Origin: Octopus vulgaris
Taxonomy: Eukaryota
DNA length: 62,000 bases
Assembly: GCA_951406725.2 (NCBI GenBank)
Contig: OX597817.1
Span: 117,820,001 to 117,882,000, forward strand
Direction of reading: 5' to 3'
Shown here: piece by piece, positions 37,687-52,729 of the stretch
How the letters are laid out: each line of letters starts with the position of its first letter
How positions within the stretch are numbered: the first letter of the stretch is position 1
The notes under the pieces: model-generated
What the model saw: only the letters and a program-made list of their open reading frames with translations
Told to the model about the DNA's origin: nothing
Databases searched by the model: none
Position numbers and translations under genes: made by a program

Positions 37687-38570
37687 CCTTAATTCCGATT
37701 TTCATACATTCATTAATTAGCGCTCGACGGATTTTGTAAACTTGCTCATTTAATTTCTTTCCCTCCTTATATAATACGTACTGAGATCTCATCACATTCT
37801 GTCTCTATTTAACATCCTGTTTTTTTTTTTTTACTTCATATGTAGCTAACCTAATCTCTGTAGCTCGAAAATAATTGTCATCGAAAGATGACCATCAGTA
37901 ATATAATACTTAGGAAAAATGTATAAAATAAATTACTGAATCTGATTGTGACGCTCAATGATGCTTATTGCACCCACATCCAAAGAGAGAGTATAAAGAA
38001 GGTATTAGTATTCTTATTATTATTATTATCGCCATTATTTTATTATTATTATATTGCATTATTATTATTATTAGTATTATATTATTATTATTACGTAACA
38101 TTTTTATAGCGTTTTTTCACTACCGAGCGCAGCTTTATCATGTATGTGCTGATTTGTTTGATGCTCTGATGGATATTGTATGGAAAGTGACGTAGGAATG
38201 TGCAGTGCCTTAATTCCGATTTTTATTCATTCAGTAATTAGTCCTCGACGGATTTTGTATGTATTTGTCTGAATTTTTTTTATCCTCCTTATGCATATAA
38301 TACGTACTTAGATCTCAGGTTCACATTCTGTCTCTATTTAACATCCTTTGTTTTTTACTTCATATGTAGCTAACCTAATCTCTAGCTCGAAAATAATTGT
38401 CATGGAAAGATGACCATCAGTAATGATAATACTTAGGAAAAAATGTATAAAATAAATTACTGAAACTGATTGTGACGCTCAATGATGCTTATTGCACCCA
38501 CATCCAAAGAGAAGGTATAAAGAAGGTATTATTATTGTTATTATTATTATTATTATTATCATTATTATTA
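37687..38570 (+). repeat. Tandem duplication, period ~521 bp
   Basis: ccttaattccgatttt...cacattctgtctctatttaacatcct...gacgctcaatgatgcttattgcacccacatccaaagag present at 37687 and 38208. Confidence 0.93.
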
Positions 38571-39949
38571 ATTTGTACAAGAGAATGCAGTATTCCACAA
38601 ACAAGATAATTAAAATCATTCGCATAAAGTAAGGACACTTGAAATAAGAAGGGATATCAATAGTACTTTGCAAATCGTAAGAAATTCATCCATATGTATT
38701 GGTAACAGACAATTCGGTTAAATATTCTTGAGTATAATTTGAAATATTCAGTCGGGCGTACTGAAATCTAGCATGTTTACTTCTACAGCAAAGAGCATAT
38801 TTTATTCATGAGTTACGTTTCACATTATGTGTATTGAACCCTAAATCTGAACAATGCTTAGCAATCATGCATGCATATTTCAGCCATTACATATACATTT
38901 GATCAAATATACATATGAATTAAAATAAAATAGAATTGTAGACACAAACAGTCAATATAAATATTATATTGTATAGAAAATACTATTTAAATTAATTTCT
39001 TTGAGATTGTAATAGATATTGAACTACAATTGACCAATGGAACTGTGGAATTGGAACTTCATGTTGATTATATTTTTTGGCTGAGTGAATTCAAATCACA
39101 TTTACAGATACATGTCCTACATTGAGATCTACATTTTATGTATCTTCGCTGAGAATTCTATTACGTAAAAGAGAATTAGATTTATTAGCATAATAATTAT
39201 AATATAATTGACAGAGATAGGATTTAGTGAATATATCTTGATTAAAGTAACGCAAATAAAGTCACCAACATTAACCATCGTCGATCTAAGACTTCATTAA
39301 GTCATAATAGTGTATGCTACACGAAAACACCAATGCATTGAACACGGTTTCTAGTAGAACTTATCTTCCACCAATAGTATATAGACGAATGTTAATTGCT
39401 CCACTTTAATTACACATATTTTTCTGTATTGTAGCCATAGTTAATATAACGCTGATTTCTTTGATCGTAGTTGATAAATAGTTTGATTTTATTTAACATA
39501 TAATAATTAAGAGGATGACTAGTAATTTGCCTTTGAAAATAGTCGCATCTATTAGTATCTCATGATTTCTTTTGATTATAATTTAGTATCTGGGAAGTTA
39601 AATATTAAGCATCTAACACGCCGTGCTATGTATCTCAATAAGATCATTGGTGGTTAATAAGATTGTAATTTTCCGGACCATTAACCTCATCATTAGAGTT
39701 TATATTTACAACAACTTCAGCTACACGTTTGACCAGTTTTGATATTCAGTGTCACCTTGTGTCATATCAATGGATGAGTACATGCGACAGTAGCCTTGTG
39801 GAAGAGAAAACTATATCCAGATACTAAACATAACATTCTATACTTCTAGTCCACGCCGAGAATATTAAAGCTGCTGGCAATCGGATATTAATTAGGAAAT
39901 TAGTAGTTCAAATACATAATGCATGATATATACATATACATATACTTAT

Positions 39950-39976
39950 GGTAATAATAACAACAACAATTGTAAC

Positions 39977-40049
<73 letters not shown>

Positions 40050-40057
40050 TAACAATG

Positions 40058-40136
<79 letters not shown>

Positions 40137-40146
40137 TAATAACAAT
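39950..40146. repeat. (AAT)n array immediately upstream of the R4/Dong-type element
   Basis: Directly visible. Confidence 0.97.
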
Positions 40147-40149
40147 ATG

Positions 40150-42530
40150 AGAGCTCTACACTTAATAAAAACATGGATGTGCTACGCCGGCCTATCCATT
40201 CAAGAACAAATCTAATATAATAACATCAGCGAAATGGGATCAAGGAAGCTGTGGAAGACTTGAAGGCGATTGTCTTTTAACGAGAATAATCACAAAAACG
40301 ATTATTCTCATATGCACGATGTCCCTGTGAAACATGTGCAAAATGCACACGCGAAATCAACACCGGATTGTTTGCAAATTATAATATAAATGTGACAAAA
40401 TAGTAAGTACATAAATTGAGTAATTATGCATACACTCGAATGTCTACACAATCATATATACATTTTAATACCCATAGGACCACGTATACATTTCAACGTT
40501 TACACAACTACGTGAAATTTACTGGACACGCAAACACACATTTGAAAACACGTATCACAAACAAAACAAAATAAAACAAAACACAAAACAAAGCAATTTC
40601 TTTATTCTTTCGAACTCACACACAGAGTGCGAACAAATCATTAGTTTAAAAACAACAGAAAAAACTATGCCCGGAAATGAATCTATCAACAAAAAATACA
40701 GTCGAATACAGGTCTGTTAGCCTTAACAAGCTACGTTTACATGCAGAGAACTCGGAGGCGGTGTTGTGTCAAAACATTAACCCTAAAAAGACAGATCCTT
40801 CTCCTAAAGTTAACGTACAAGCTCGGCATGCTTCATTTAAAAATTACAATGCGGATTTGTCATCAGCCGGAACACCAAAGATCGCGTAATCGAATGTTGA
40901 ACGAGATTGGAACGTCAGTTATTGGTTCAAATTTTCCCAGAACAAGGACCTGGAAGTATTCGACAACAAGAATATTCAAACAAATGGCCATCCATACTCG
41001 TCATCAAATAACTGAAAGAAAAAAAATGAAACATGGTCTATTGGAGATAATAAAGAAGTTCTTACGGCTTTCTATCATGACTTATATTTCCCCAACAAAT
41101 ACATTTAATATTGTACAAACTTACTTAGACTGGAGACAGAAACACATTGAAGTAAGCCCCTACAAAGACAGTAACAAACGTGCCAACGTCAGAAGAAACA
41201 TGATGTAAAAAGAATTACTAAATAAATTAGAGATTGACCAAATTAAACAATCAGTAAGGGATCAACGGAACGAAACTTTATCTAAAGAAGATAGTGCAGA
41301 GGAAATAATCATAGACCAGCCCAGGGCTGATGAAAATGCAATAATGACTGAAAGAGTTAATGTAACTGATAAGCGAAGTGAAGTACACTCTGAAACAACC
41401 ATATATACTAAAGCAGATGAAAATCAAAGAAATGAAGAAAGTCACACAGAAATTCACACAACAGGACTACATGATCTAAAAATTCAAATCATGATTAAAT
41501 GGCTGAAAATTAAAGAAACCAATATGAATGGTAAAATCCGCCTTGCACTTAAGGATATATGTACTATGCATCCGCGAAAATCGCAACGATTCTATGTGGT
41601 AGACAAAACATCTACTTGGCTGGAGCGAATTGAACATCAAATTCAACTACTTAAGTATGACATAGGATGTTTAAAAAACCTTAAGTTTTACAAGACAATC
41701 AAACCAACAAAAATTCAAACATTATAGGAAAATATAAAATAGAAACCATATTTGTCATCGAAGCCACCATAGAAATGATCAAACAATGTGTGCTAAAGCT
41801 GCCCGCATAGCAATGTATGAAAAGCGCATTAGATTCGTCAAGGACAACATATTAAAACATAACCCAAAACATTTTTGCAGGAAGATAGGGAAAATACCAA
41901 TTACAGTAGAGTCTGTCCCATCAAAAGAAGAGGTGCAGGAATTTTGGTATAAAATTTGGGCAGAAGAAAAAACACAATCAAAGGGCCCCGTGGATTGATA
42001 CAATATCTACAGATTTAGATTCCTTAGAAGAGCAGATGTGGTAGTGGTGGTGGTGGGGTATCAAGTTAGAGAACGTAAGAACTGCTCTCGGGACGTCAAG
42101 CAAATGGAAGTCTCCAGGAGAGGATAAAATTCCTAACTTGTGGCTGAATGACTTCCCAGAGAGCCATGAACTGCTATAAAAACTGTACAACAATGTTTTG
42201 TAACAATATAGTATGATTCCCTCTTCGTTAGTTAATGGTGTAACATTCCTACTGCCAAAAAAGGAAGAAACAAACGAACCAAAAAATTAGAGGCATAACC
42301 TGCTTAACAACAATGTATAAAATGCTAACATTTGTGTTGACTGAATATACCTTTAGCTTTTTGATTTTAAATTAAAATATACCCTAATGTGTTAGAAAAG
42401 GATGTAAACTTATGTAAACTCAAGACAGAGCTGAATACAAGAAACAGGATCGAGGCGATCAGTATTGTAGCCATACCAGTCGTGACTTACAGTTTCAATA
42501 TCATTAAGTGGTCAAATACTGAAATATGTA
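40150..42530 (+). mobile_element. R4/Dong-type non-LTR retrotransposon, 5' half, with RT core deleted
   Basis: Frameshifted ORF pieces: KHFCRKIG...EEVQEFWYKIW, KWKSPGEDKIPNLWL, GVTFLLPKKEETNEPKN.R.ITCL.TMYKMLT (RT 0-2), RKGCK, then directly KTELNTRNRIEAI...AIPVVTYSFNIIKW (thumb). Confidence 0.88.
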
Positions 42531-42815
42531 ATCTTGACAGAAAAATAAACTGATGATGATGAGGAGGAGGAGGAGGAGGGGGACGACGAGGGGGAAGACG
42601 GGTGGGAGGAGGGGAAGATGGTGATGAGCAGGAGGAGGTGGAGGAGGTGGAAGAGGAGGAGGAGGACGATGATGATATATAGTAACGAATTTATTGACTG
42701 GATATCTTGCAGATTTTCTTTTGAATACCTATAGCTCATAACGTGCACTGAAACACAATCGCGATTATTTTATAAAACGTTATTTACAGTACATAATTAT
42801 AAATAAATACTATTT

Positions 42816-44029
42816 TATTGTGTTGGCCAAATTGTTTGTTCGTTTTGTGCTGACCGTAAAATTCAAGGCCTCTGACATATAGCTAACGTCAACATGCCCC
42901 TTGCGAATGCGAAACCGTTTGATACTTGACACTGCAACGTAGTTCGACACTAAGTTTTTATAATTCAAATCGAAGTTTGTATGATTCAGATCACCCTGGA
43001 AACGATGAACCAAAAGCAACATTATCGACTCCACACGCTTTTATATTTTAAAATGCAAAAAACCAGCAGGAATCTAAAAGAGGATATGTGCTGTGTAAGG
43101 AGGAGATCCGGTTGCGGAAAGCGTGTGCCAGAACATGTTGTCCAGATTACAGGTGGGGAAATATTTCGGCTGAAGATACACCTCGCTCTGACCGGTTAAG
43201 TGAAATTAACTGTGACATCAATATCTCTTATACGACCAGGAATATAGCAAATGTTTCCCACATATTCAGAGGTGTATTTGAAAGCCATTTCCATCTACTT
43301 AGTTACTTCAGAAGACTCGGTGTTTTGATTGCGCATGAGCTGAATGAGGCTAAGCTTGACCAATGGATTTTCATCTAACGTTCGTAGCAGAAATGTAAAG
43401 AAAAGGAACTTTTTTGAAAACTACTGTAACAGGAGACGAAAAATTGATCACCTAACAACGTGAAGTGCAATGCACAATTGATTAAGGGAGAAGTGCGGGG
43501 AACCATTAAAAAAATTCTGCAAAGCTCCAAGAAGGCTTTCATTCGGAAGGATGGTTTCAACAATTTAAGAGTTATTTCCTCCACGGATATGATCTCTAAT
43601 TTGTATCTGTAGACACTAACTGGACAAATTAAACGCAGTGATCCACTAGAAGCTTGTAACGCTTGCTAATCATTCATCACGACAAGAGCGAGGCGCGGAT
43701 TTCTTTGTAGATGTGGCAGAAGTTACTTCAGCTTGGCTGAGAACTTTTGCCGCAACTTCCATATTCGCTGAAACGTGCGCCACATAATTCATTTAATGGA
43801 CATATTTTCAATTCTGAAGAATACAAAATTCATCTGAAAGAGTTTTCCGCCACTAACGACTGGAAATTCTTGAGTAGGAAATAACACATCTACCCACAAG
43901 ATTGTAGAAAATACGGGAACGAAAAGAAAGTTAAATCATTGATTGAATGTACTCCCTTGTATTTAACAATAACAATTCTATCTGATTTACGTTTAAAAAG
44001 AGCAAGTGGAATGTCTGACTAACCCGATA
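42816..44029 (+). mobile_element. Near full-length decayed mariner element (~1.2 kb)
   Basis: TIR-like ends tattgtgttggccaaattg... / ...gtctgactaacccgata. Decayed transposase: QKQHYRLHTLLYFK, AHELNEA, VTGDEK, QLDKLNA, HHDK...QKLLQLG.ELLP.LPYS. Confidence 0.85.
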
Positions 44030-46714
44030 TATTGACAAATGCTGAATATTTTAACGTCACTGATATAACGAATGAAACTGGCAATATTACTTTGTAGCTT
44101 ATCTAAACGCAAAGTCAACGCCACTTTAAAATAAAACATTTGTAAAAAATTCTGCAGAAAGTAAAATTATATTTCATCCTACATTCTACCGCCGTGTCTT
44201 TCGCTTCTTTGGAATATATACATTTGAAAATAAAAGAACAATCCTGTACATATTTCTACAATATTATCCTAAAGTACACATGGCAAAGCATTATGTTGAT
44301 TTTATTCATGAAAATGTGGTATAACTAACATTATAAAACCTCGATACTCTTTGATGTATAAACATACACATACGTAAGTACACACTTATATTTGTGCGTT
44401 CACCTGTATATTTACAAACATACATATAAATACACACACATACAGACATATTGTTTGAATTCGCCTTTTTTAAAATTAAGGATAGGTCACATTTATTTAT
44501 TAAAACTTTAAGTTCAGTTTGAAATATACACTATGAATTCAATCTTTTTTAAAAAGAATTTATTTGATTTGTGCATTCAGTTAGTGTTCCTAAATCTATT
44601 AATTTCTTAATGCTTTCTTTTCTCCATCATAAAAATGAAGTAATTATATAACGATCTGCTCTTGTCTGCGCGTGAACTTGCAAATGATCCTGGGGGGTGT
44701 TGGTGATGTTTTGTTTCCAGCATCTGCTTTTATGGGTATTATTGAACGGTTATGTAGATTTTGTATTTATCCCATCTGTAGCTTATTTCTCTGTTAATTT
44801 TCAGTCCATATTTCACTATTAGTGTCATCTCTCTTAATCCCTTCAAACTTTGTGCCAGTAAATTGTGGACCAAGTAAATTTTGTTATTTATTCTCTTTTT
44901 ATTGATTTTTGTTTCGACTACTGGATGTCAGTTTACTGACATGGGTTACTATTTAAAATGCATCGTCAACGGGAAGAAAGTTGCACTTGCATGACCGATG
45001 TTACAATTCAATTCAAGGAGATTTTAATTTTTATATATGCATTAAAACTACATTAGTTATATAGAATAAGCACTGTGGTGTAATTCATTGTGGTTAAATC
45101 CTAGAAAACTAGCATGAGCTGAATAATGACCCACATATCATGATCCTCATATGCGCCATCAGTAAACTGCTTGCATTTTGGGACAAGCATACAAATATTC
45201 CAAAAATAAACAACATACTATTATGCAGCACTAAGTGCGAAGACATTTAAAAAAACTACACAGCACGATTATACATTAATTGGACGCATTCTGCCTCTGT
45301 ACATGCAATTTAGCTTCTCATACATGTACAATAATATTAAGGCACAAAAACAAACGATCGCCTCCTCATCATTATCTCCCTAAACAACACATTTGCAAAC
45401 TGAATATAACACAACAAAATAAAAAATATATAACAGAAAGTTCCAGAGCCATCTTCTGATAAAGATACTGAAATCCTACGTTACGAATGGGGACATTTCA
45501 AACAGAGAGTTTGAATGTCGATTTAGGAACGATAAGGATCAAACTGAAACACATTAATGCATTTAATACAGTATGTGATTCTCACGACACATATACGGTC
45601 CTAACTTTCACCTTGAGCGGAAATAACATGACAATAACTAAAACTTTGAATTCCATATACTCTACTGCATACTGAATTCCATATACTCTACTTGAAAATA
45701 TAAAAAAAAACAAACGTAACATGTTAAAAACAGTTTTAGGAAACTTAAGACAGATAATACCTCCTAAATTAAAACTTACATAAGAAATTTTATTCTATAC
45801 CCTCGAATACGGTCGTACACTTCCAATACTTAGGAGACAAAGTTGAAAGAAACACAATAAACATCTCCAACTCAATCTCGCAAATCAACACGCTCTGAAA
45901 TAGAATCACCAAAATATTCGACCCTACGATAAGAAATATGCGATCATCTAATGAGTTCTATGAATTCTGCAGAAAACCAAGAAATATGGTAGAATTGTCA
46001 ATGTAGATGTCGAAATCTGTATCGCTACCGTCCTGATATTAGAAACTGTAAATGTAGTAGCTGATAGCATATGCAGTTTATAAAACATTATGATTTTTTT
46101 CTGGTGCCCTGGCCAACCAAAGTTATCATCCGCTTCTCTACTCAAAGTAATTTAAATGTGCAAAAGGATGAAGCAGCTAATGAAACTTTCTTGAGTGACT
46201 CATATTGATTGCATTATACATGACAACATAGAAAACAACGTCGTTTGTATGCATAGCAATAATATTTATTCAAGAATTGTTCATGATATATTAATAAGAT
46301 ACTTATAGTCTGATATAAAACTGAAATGGTATATATCTCAAAACTACAATTGAATGGGTATGCGTTTCAAACCAAACCCATAAGGAAATAAGTAAAAGAC
46401 GTATTGAAAAATCAAACTTGAAAATTGATGAGATTTTTGCTGCAACAGACCAGAAAGAAAACAAAGGTTGTACCCTCTACACACACACACACACACACAC
46501 AGACATACACACACACACAGACAAACAGACACACGCAGATGCAAGCGCACAAAACATACATGCACACATAAATATGCATACACATGCTTGTATGTTTATA
46601 TATGTATACACACACGGGTGCACTTTCACACACATATAGATACACAAACACATGCATACCTGTATACATATATATAGAAAGCGATAGATAGATAGATAGA
46701 GATTAATAGATAGA

Positions 46715-46748
<34 letters not shown>

Positions 46749-46903
46749 TACAGACAGGCAGATATATAGATAGACAGATAGATAGATAGATAGAGTTAGA
46801 GAGGGAAAACATTTTGCAAGAGATTAAAACTTTTGCCCATATTTGAGTTCTTAATATATATACATAATACATGCATAAATACATACATAAATATATAGAT
46901 ATA

Positions 46904-47250
46904 TACTAGCAGTACAGCCCGGCGTCGCTCGGGTTTGTTTCGACCTTTTAGAATAGGAATTTTTGAAAAGTAAAACTTTTGCATGATGTAGCTTGTTATT
47001 TTCTTTAAGTGAACATTTTCTGGTTGAAATAAACCGTAAAATAGCGACACAGCAGTCAACAAATCGTAAAAGAATAGGGATTTTCATAGAAAAAAAGTAC
47101 CTTTTTGATATAAATAATTTTTCATCTTAACATGGTCCGATTTGAATCTTTTCTTCTACGGAATGAAGAGCAATTCTTTGTCTATGATACTCTCAATGTT
47201 GATCAACTTGCGCCGCAGGGTCTCGAAGAAGATTATGTTAGTTAAAGGCT
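46904..47250 (+). mobile_element. Helitron/Helentron-like non-autonomous element 5' part
   Basis: TACTAGCAGTACAGCCCGGCGTCGCTCGGG terminal hairpin-type start after (TA)n; a related start occurs at 53406. Confidence 0.45.
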
Positions 47251-47292
47251 ACCAAACCTGCCTCACACACACAGACAACTTCAGCTTTATAC

Positions 47293-47365
<73 letters not shown>

Positions 47366-47368
47366 TAT

Positions 47369-47418
<50 letters not shown>

Positions 47419-47742
47419 GTGTGTGTGCGTGTTTGATTGCTTGAGTGGCGTCTATGTCGAGTTCGAAGTGGTAAAGCATGAAGTTTGCGATTTAAATTTA
47501 GTGGCACGTTCATCTGCGTGGCTTTCAAATCTCAGGCGTATTGTAGCATGTAAAGTTTCAGCACCCGAAATACCGCGATATTACAAACCTCAGCAAATAC
47601 CTTCCACAGTTTGAATTACCTTAGTCACGTGACGTTTGCCCTGCAATTTTTTTTTATGAGCTATGTCCACTTTATTGCAGCAACGCTAGTTGCAGAAAAT
47701 GCTATTTCACTCTCTCTCACACACACACACTCTCTCTCTCTC

Positions 47743-47821
<79 letters not shown>

Positions 47822-47941
47822 TTTTTCTTTTTTGATAATGATAACGTAATTGCTGCAATAACTTGGAAATTTAATTTCGATGTTAAAGGGTTAGAATTAC
47901 TTCACAACAGAATGCTATTGTTTTTAACCTCCAAAGTAGGT

Positions 47942-47999
<58 letters not shown>

Positions 48000-48199
48000 T
48001 GCACTAGATTGATAATAACTTATTACATATCTTTAAACTACTAATATTTACATAACGACACCTTCCTCTTTGCTTCACCTCTCTTCGCATTCGACTCTTC
48101 GAACCTTGTATTCTACGTATATTTTAACTAAACTTCACCTTTGAACTTCCATACCTTCTCTCGTACGTCAACTCTGTTGTCTCTATACATTAACCGTGA

Positions 48200-48600
48200 T
48201 ATTTATCCATTGGCAGTTTTTTTACCGACGTCACTCCATTTAAGCATTTTACGTCTACACCAGCACCAAGTACCTATATCTCTTACGTTACCTGAAAATA
48301 GAAATATAGATGTAAACATTATCGACTACACACCCTCAATCTATATGTTTCATGTGTTCACCGGTTGACTGCGGAATAATACTTGGGAGACGATGTTTTC
48401 ATAAGACTGAGTATTATAAGCGCAAGAAAGTTATAGACAGGCAAAACAACTCACTTCCGACGGAATTTAGGCGTGATGGACTTAGATATTTCACCATTTT
48501 GAGGCTATCAATATTACCTATCTGAAGCGAAACGGTGACGATTCGAATCGCCAGTCTATAGCTGTATATATAGTGCAAGAACTAGTTGCTGGTATGCCAT
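48200..48600 (+). mobile_element. Very old PLE GIY-YIG 3' remnant
   Basis: LRLHQHQVPISLTLPENRNIDVNIID and downstream ESY.QAKQLTSDGI resemble PLE EN C-termini. Confidence 0.4.
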
Positions 48601-49227
48601 GGCGATGCATACCTATGATTCAATTCGTTAGAAATATAGATATAGTTTCTGTTATTCCAATTAACAGATGTCAGAAGTATAAAAAATATATAAATATTCA
48701 AGCACATTGACGCTGCTTGAAAACATTAAATTATATAATATGGAAAGTAAATATAATTATTTTACTTATTATTTCACCGCAAAACTTTAAATAAGTCGTT
48801 CACAAATTATCGACATCTCCTACTATCAAAACGCTAATCTTCACTAGACACCGACTGCTAGTCATGAAGAAATCGCATTCATTATGTTTGGATAATCTTA
48901 TGTTGTAACAAGTTGCTATCATGTCTCTTTAGATCTCACAAACGCCAGTGGAATAAATATCTTTGTTGTGCGAAATACATGTGCTGTTTGAACTATTTTA
49001 GATTTAAATAACTACACATCACAGAATAAAATTACAAATTCACAATTAATGTAATACTTTCAAGTTATTTTTGCAATTCATTGTCTGTTTTAAAATATTT
49101 GCTGTGTTGATATTTATAATTTTATATCCACAATTTTTATTCTGTACTTACTTTACCGCACATTTTGTTTATTCTTTATTTTGCATACTTTATTTAGTGT
49201 ATGGTGCGAGTATATATATATATATGC

Positions 49228-49290
<63 letters not shown>

Positions 49291-50012
49291 TGTGTGTGTG
49301 TGTGTGTGTGCTTTATGAAAATATTTCCTCATTCTTTCGTTGTTTCAATACAAAACCATTTTAAAATTGTACACTAATGTCGGGTATTTCACCTTTGAAA
49401 GCCCATGATACCAATTTTGATAACATTTCAAATATTCAAGCATATTATCTTATTTTCAGATACTGTATTTAATAGAAATATATATTTAGTAACAATCTAA
49501 TCTTTATTCCAAATACTCACAATTAAAATAAGTTCATAAATAGAATAAACAAAATGAAATGCAATAATCTCATATAAATGTCATTGAAAAATTATATTAA
49601 TTTCATTGATTTTCTGATTAAGTAGAAAATTTATTTTATCAGACTTGGGTACAATATGACGTTTGTGTTATTGTCAAAGAGGAATGGAATCCAACATTGG
49701 TGCCTCGACAAGTTTCCAGTTCGAAAATACTTGCAGAAACCTTTAAAATGCCAGTTAATTTGATCTAAATCTGTCTTAGATTAATCTATTTCCTTCTTTT
49801 TAATTAGTTTTGGATCTTCATTAAAGTGCCTTTGGTGTGCTATTAGTACTTATTTTAACGATAAAGACGCACTACAATGAACTTGATTTTCCAAATTGCC
49901 GGCACAAATTAGCAATTTTATCTCAAAATACGTGACCCATTTATATATTATTGTAGTAGTTATCTTACTCAGGCGAATAAATTTATCAATCTAAGCAATT
50001 GAGTATATTACG

Positions 50013-50090
<78 letters not shown>

Positions 50091-50638
50091 TATATGTATA
50101 TGTTTTGAATTTAAATTGAAAATATCGGCAAAATATGTTGTGTCATTTTTATGTCTGACTGCAACCGTGAAAAATAATCATGCATTCATTCCAATACTGT
50201 ATATATTCGCTAAACTGAAATATGCAATAATATAAATATTGTCAATTTACAGATATGCTGATGCATATCTGTAAATTACTTATCTGTTTTGAATTTATAC
50301 ATTGTTATATATTATTTACGTTGTTTTTATGATATATTAACATATTTGATATTGTAATATGCCAGAGCAAATATTTATGTTTTTGGAGCAAATGATAATA
50401 GGTGACCTGTATGTAACTCAATAAGTGATACATAAATTGATACAGCAGCGATAGTGGTAAAACAAAAGAAGACTTAAAAGCATTTTACTTCCGCAGGAAT
50501 GACACCTAAAATCATAGTTCACATTCTATTACATACACTATAGTTGTGCATTTACCATCCGTGAAAAATAAACCAGCTTGAAATTATAGGATACTTTTAT
50601 GAAGGAAAACGTACCCCCATGAATATCTTAGTATATAC

Positions 50639-50684
<46 letters not shown>

Positions 50685-50849
50685 ATGATAATTGCTCTGT
50701 CGTTTTTCTTCCCTTAGCTGAGTATGACAAAGAAGTAATTCTCCCACACATATTGATATCCTAGTAAGCATCCAAATAAAAGAAACCCGATTGATTTACA
50801 TAAATCCCCTTAGACATACGTTGTCTCCTCTGGCGCAGAGGTTTACTGT

Positions 50850-51080
50850 TGTTTCATCTGTTTATTTTATAAAAACTTCACGCCCTCTACTCGACACCGG
50901 CATGCCACGAGTTGCCTCAATGTAAGCTTTATTTTTTAACACATGTGTCTTCCTTTCACGTTCGACGTTGCCCACAACTCTAAGCAAATACACTGACCAC
51001 TCCGAATTATTGCCACCTGGAACCCATTCTATTTTTAAGGATATCTTGCGGGTTTTATTGTTTAACAGAATAGTGAACCT
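50850..51080 (-). mobile_element. Tc1/mariner-superfamily transposase C-terminal relic
   Basis: YLLRVVGNVERERKTH...GREVFIK* resembles the LDYYVWG.VERE...GG.FE* ending of maT/rosa-type transposases. Confidence 0.4.
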
Positions 51081-51139
51081 CACTGGCTGCGGTGAGAAAG
51101 CATGTGTATGTGACATGGTGGAAATATGAAAGCAAGTGT

Positions 51140-52420
51140 ACCTGAAAACGGTTATAAACAGCTGGAAACAATTGAGGCAGGTTGAATTCAATACCAAAAT
51201 ATGAAAGAAAAGACAAAGAAAGAGTACCTGCAGTGATTGAGAAAAATACTACCTTCAAAGCAGAATGCCAGCAACATGATTGTGGTAGTAAATTCACGCA
51301 GTCACAGTAGTCAGATATGGCCCTGGAATCTTGAAGTGAACAGAGGAGGAGCTAAAGTACTTAAACAGGAAGACAAGAAAGCTCCTACCTAAGGATGCGT
51401 GGAGTCCATCACCCACGTGCATACCTTGAAGAAGAGGACAAATGAAGAGGTCAAATAGAGGAAGAGGAATGGCATGATGAGGACAAATACAGGAAAGGTA
51501 CTGGCAAGTGTGGAAGACTGCGTATGTATCGAACTCGAGAGCTTAACCAGATACCTAGCCCAAAGTAAGGAAACTTTTCTAGAGTGAGTTAGGAATGAGA
51601 GTATTGAAAGCAGAGAAAAAATGAAAAAAAGAAGTAGGAAAAGGACGAAGAAGAAGTACGCAACAAGGGACTACACAATTAATTCAATGTAGCCTCAACT
51701 GAATTTGCTAGAAAACATAGTTGGGATTGGCTAAAGTAAGGAAGACTGAAAAAAGAAACCGAGAGCACTATACTGGCAACGCAAAACCAGGCTTTGATCC
51801 TGAATTGGAGGGTGAACCTTAGGAATGAAGAAGTATATTCACTGGTTTCAATGTACTGCAGGTGTAATAGAGTGGGCGAGACCTTTGCCCATATCACGAA
51901 CGAGTGGTGACACGATGAGGTAGCGAAAGTCTTACACTGTAAACTGTGCGAAAAATGGGGATTAGAGAGAGCTACGACGTGATATGAACACAAACCGCAG
52001 AGTGTTGGAGTCGGAGACTCGCAAACTCCGCTGAGATTTTCCAATCCAAACAAATCAGGTGCTAGACATAACAAACCAGACTAAATAGTAGTCGGCAAGG
52101 TGTACCACATATGCTATATAGTTGATGTTGCGAGCCCCTTTGGCCCACGAGTAGTCAAGAAGGAAATCGATAAAGTAAATATATACAATTCTCTTAAGTA
52201 CGAAATTGACCGGCTATGGAAAATGAAGTAAGTGAAGATAGTGCCATTAATTGTTGAGTCCTTCGGAAGTGTATCAGAATACATCAAGAGGTATATAAAG
52301 GAAATCAGAATTGAGTGTCCAGTAGAACTATCACAAAAGGTTTGCCTCCTTGGCAAGGCCAGGATAATCAGGTAAGTATTGGATAGTTGGAAAGATCAGA
52401 TAGCATACTACCGTAAGATG
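51140..52420 (+). mobile_element. R4/Dong-type non-LTR retrotransposon 3' half (RT7, thumb, CCHC, RLE)
   Basis: GYKQL...MKEKTKKEYL, RYGPGILK.TEEELKYLNRKTRKLL, LKKETESTILATQNQAL, CRC...ETFAHI, HDEVAKVLH, HNKPD.IVV...IVDVASP, LKYEIDRLW, KVCLLG.ARIIR.VL. Confidence 0.9.
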
Positions 52421-52479
52421 CAGGCAGTAAGCTCACCACACATGTAAGACTGCGGGTCTTACAACAGAGCCTAAGATAA

Positions 52480-52526
52480 AAAGAGTAACATTAGCAGCAA
52501 CAGCATCAGCTGCAGTAGCATCAGCT

Positions 52527-52599
<73 letters not shown>

Positions 52600-52642
52600 C
52601 AGCAGCAGTAGTAGTAGTAGTAGTAGTAGTAGTCGTAGTATC

Positions 52643-52707
<65 letters not shown>

Positions 52708-52712
52708 GTGGA
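52480..52712. repeat. (AGT)n/(AGC)n array between two RLE-element fragments
   Basis: Directly visible. Confidence 0.97.
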
Positions 52713-52729
52713 GGAGGAGGAGGGAGTAA

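Noticed and set aside
40165-40245. Possible HDV-like ribozyme at the 5' end of the R4/Dong-type element (gcgaaatgggatc resembles the HDV J4/2-P2 end)
   Set aside because: I could not build P1/P3/P1.1; the resemblance is only a few nucleotides.
48520-48567. ctatCTGAAGcGAAAC...GTC motif after a PLE remnant
   Set aside because: A9 and stem II are missing and stem I is out of register.
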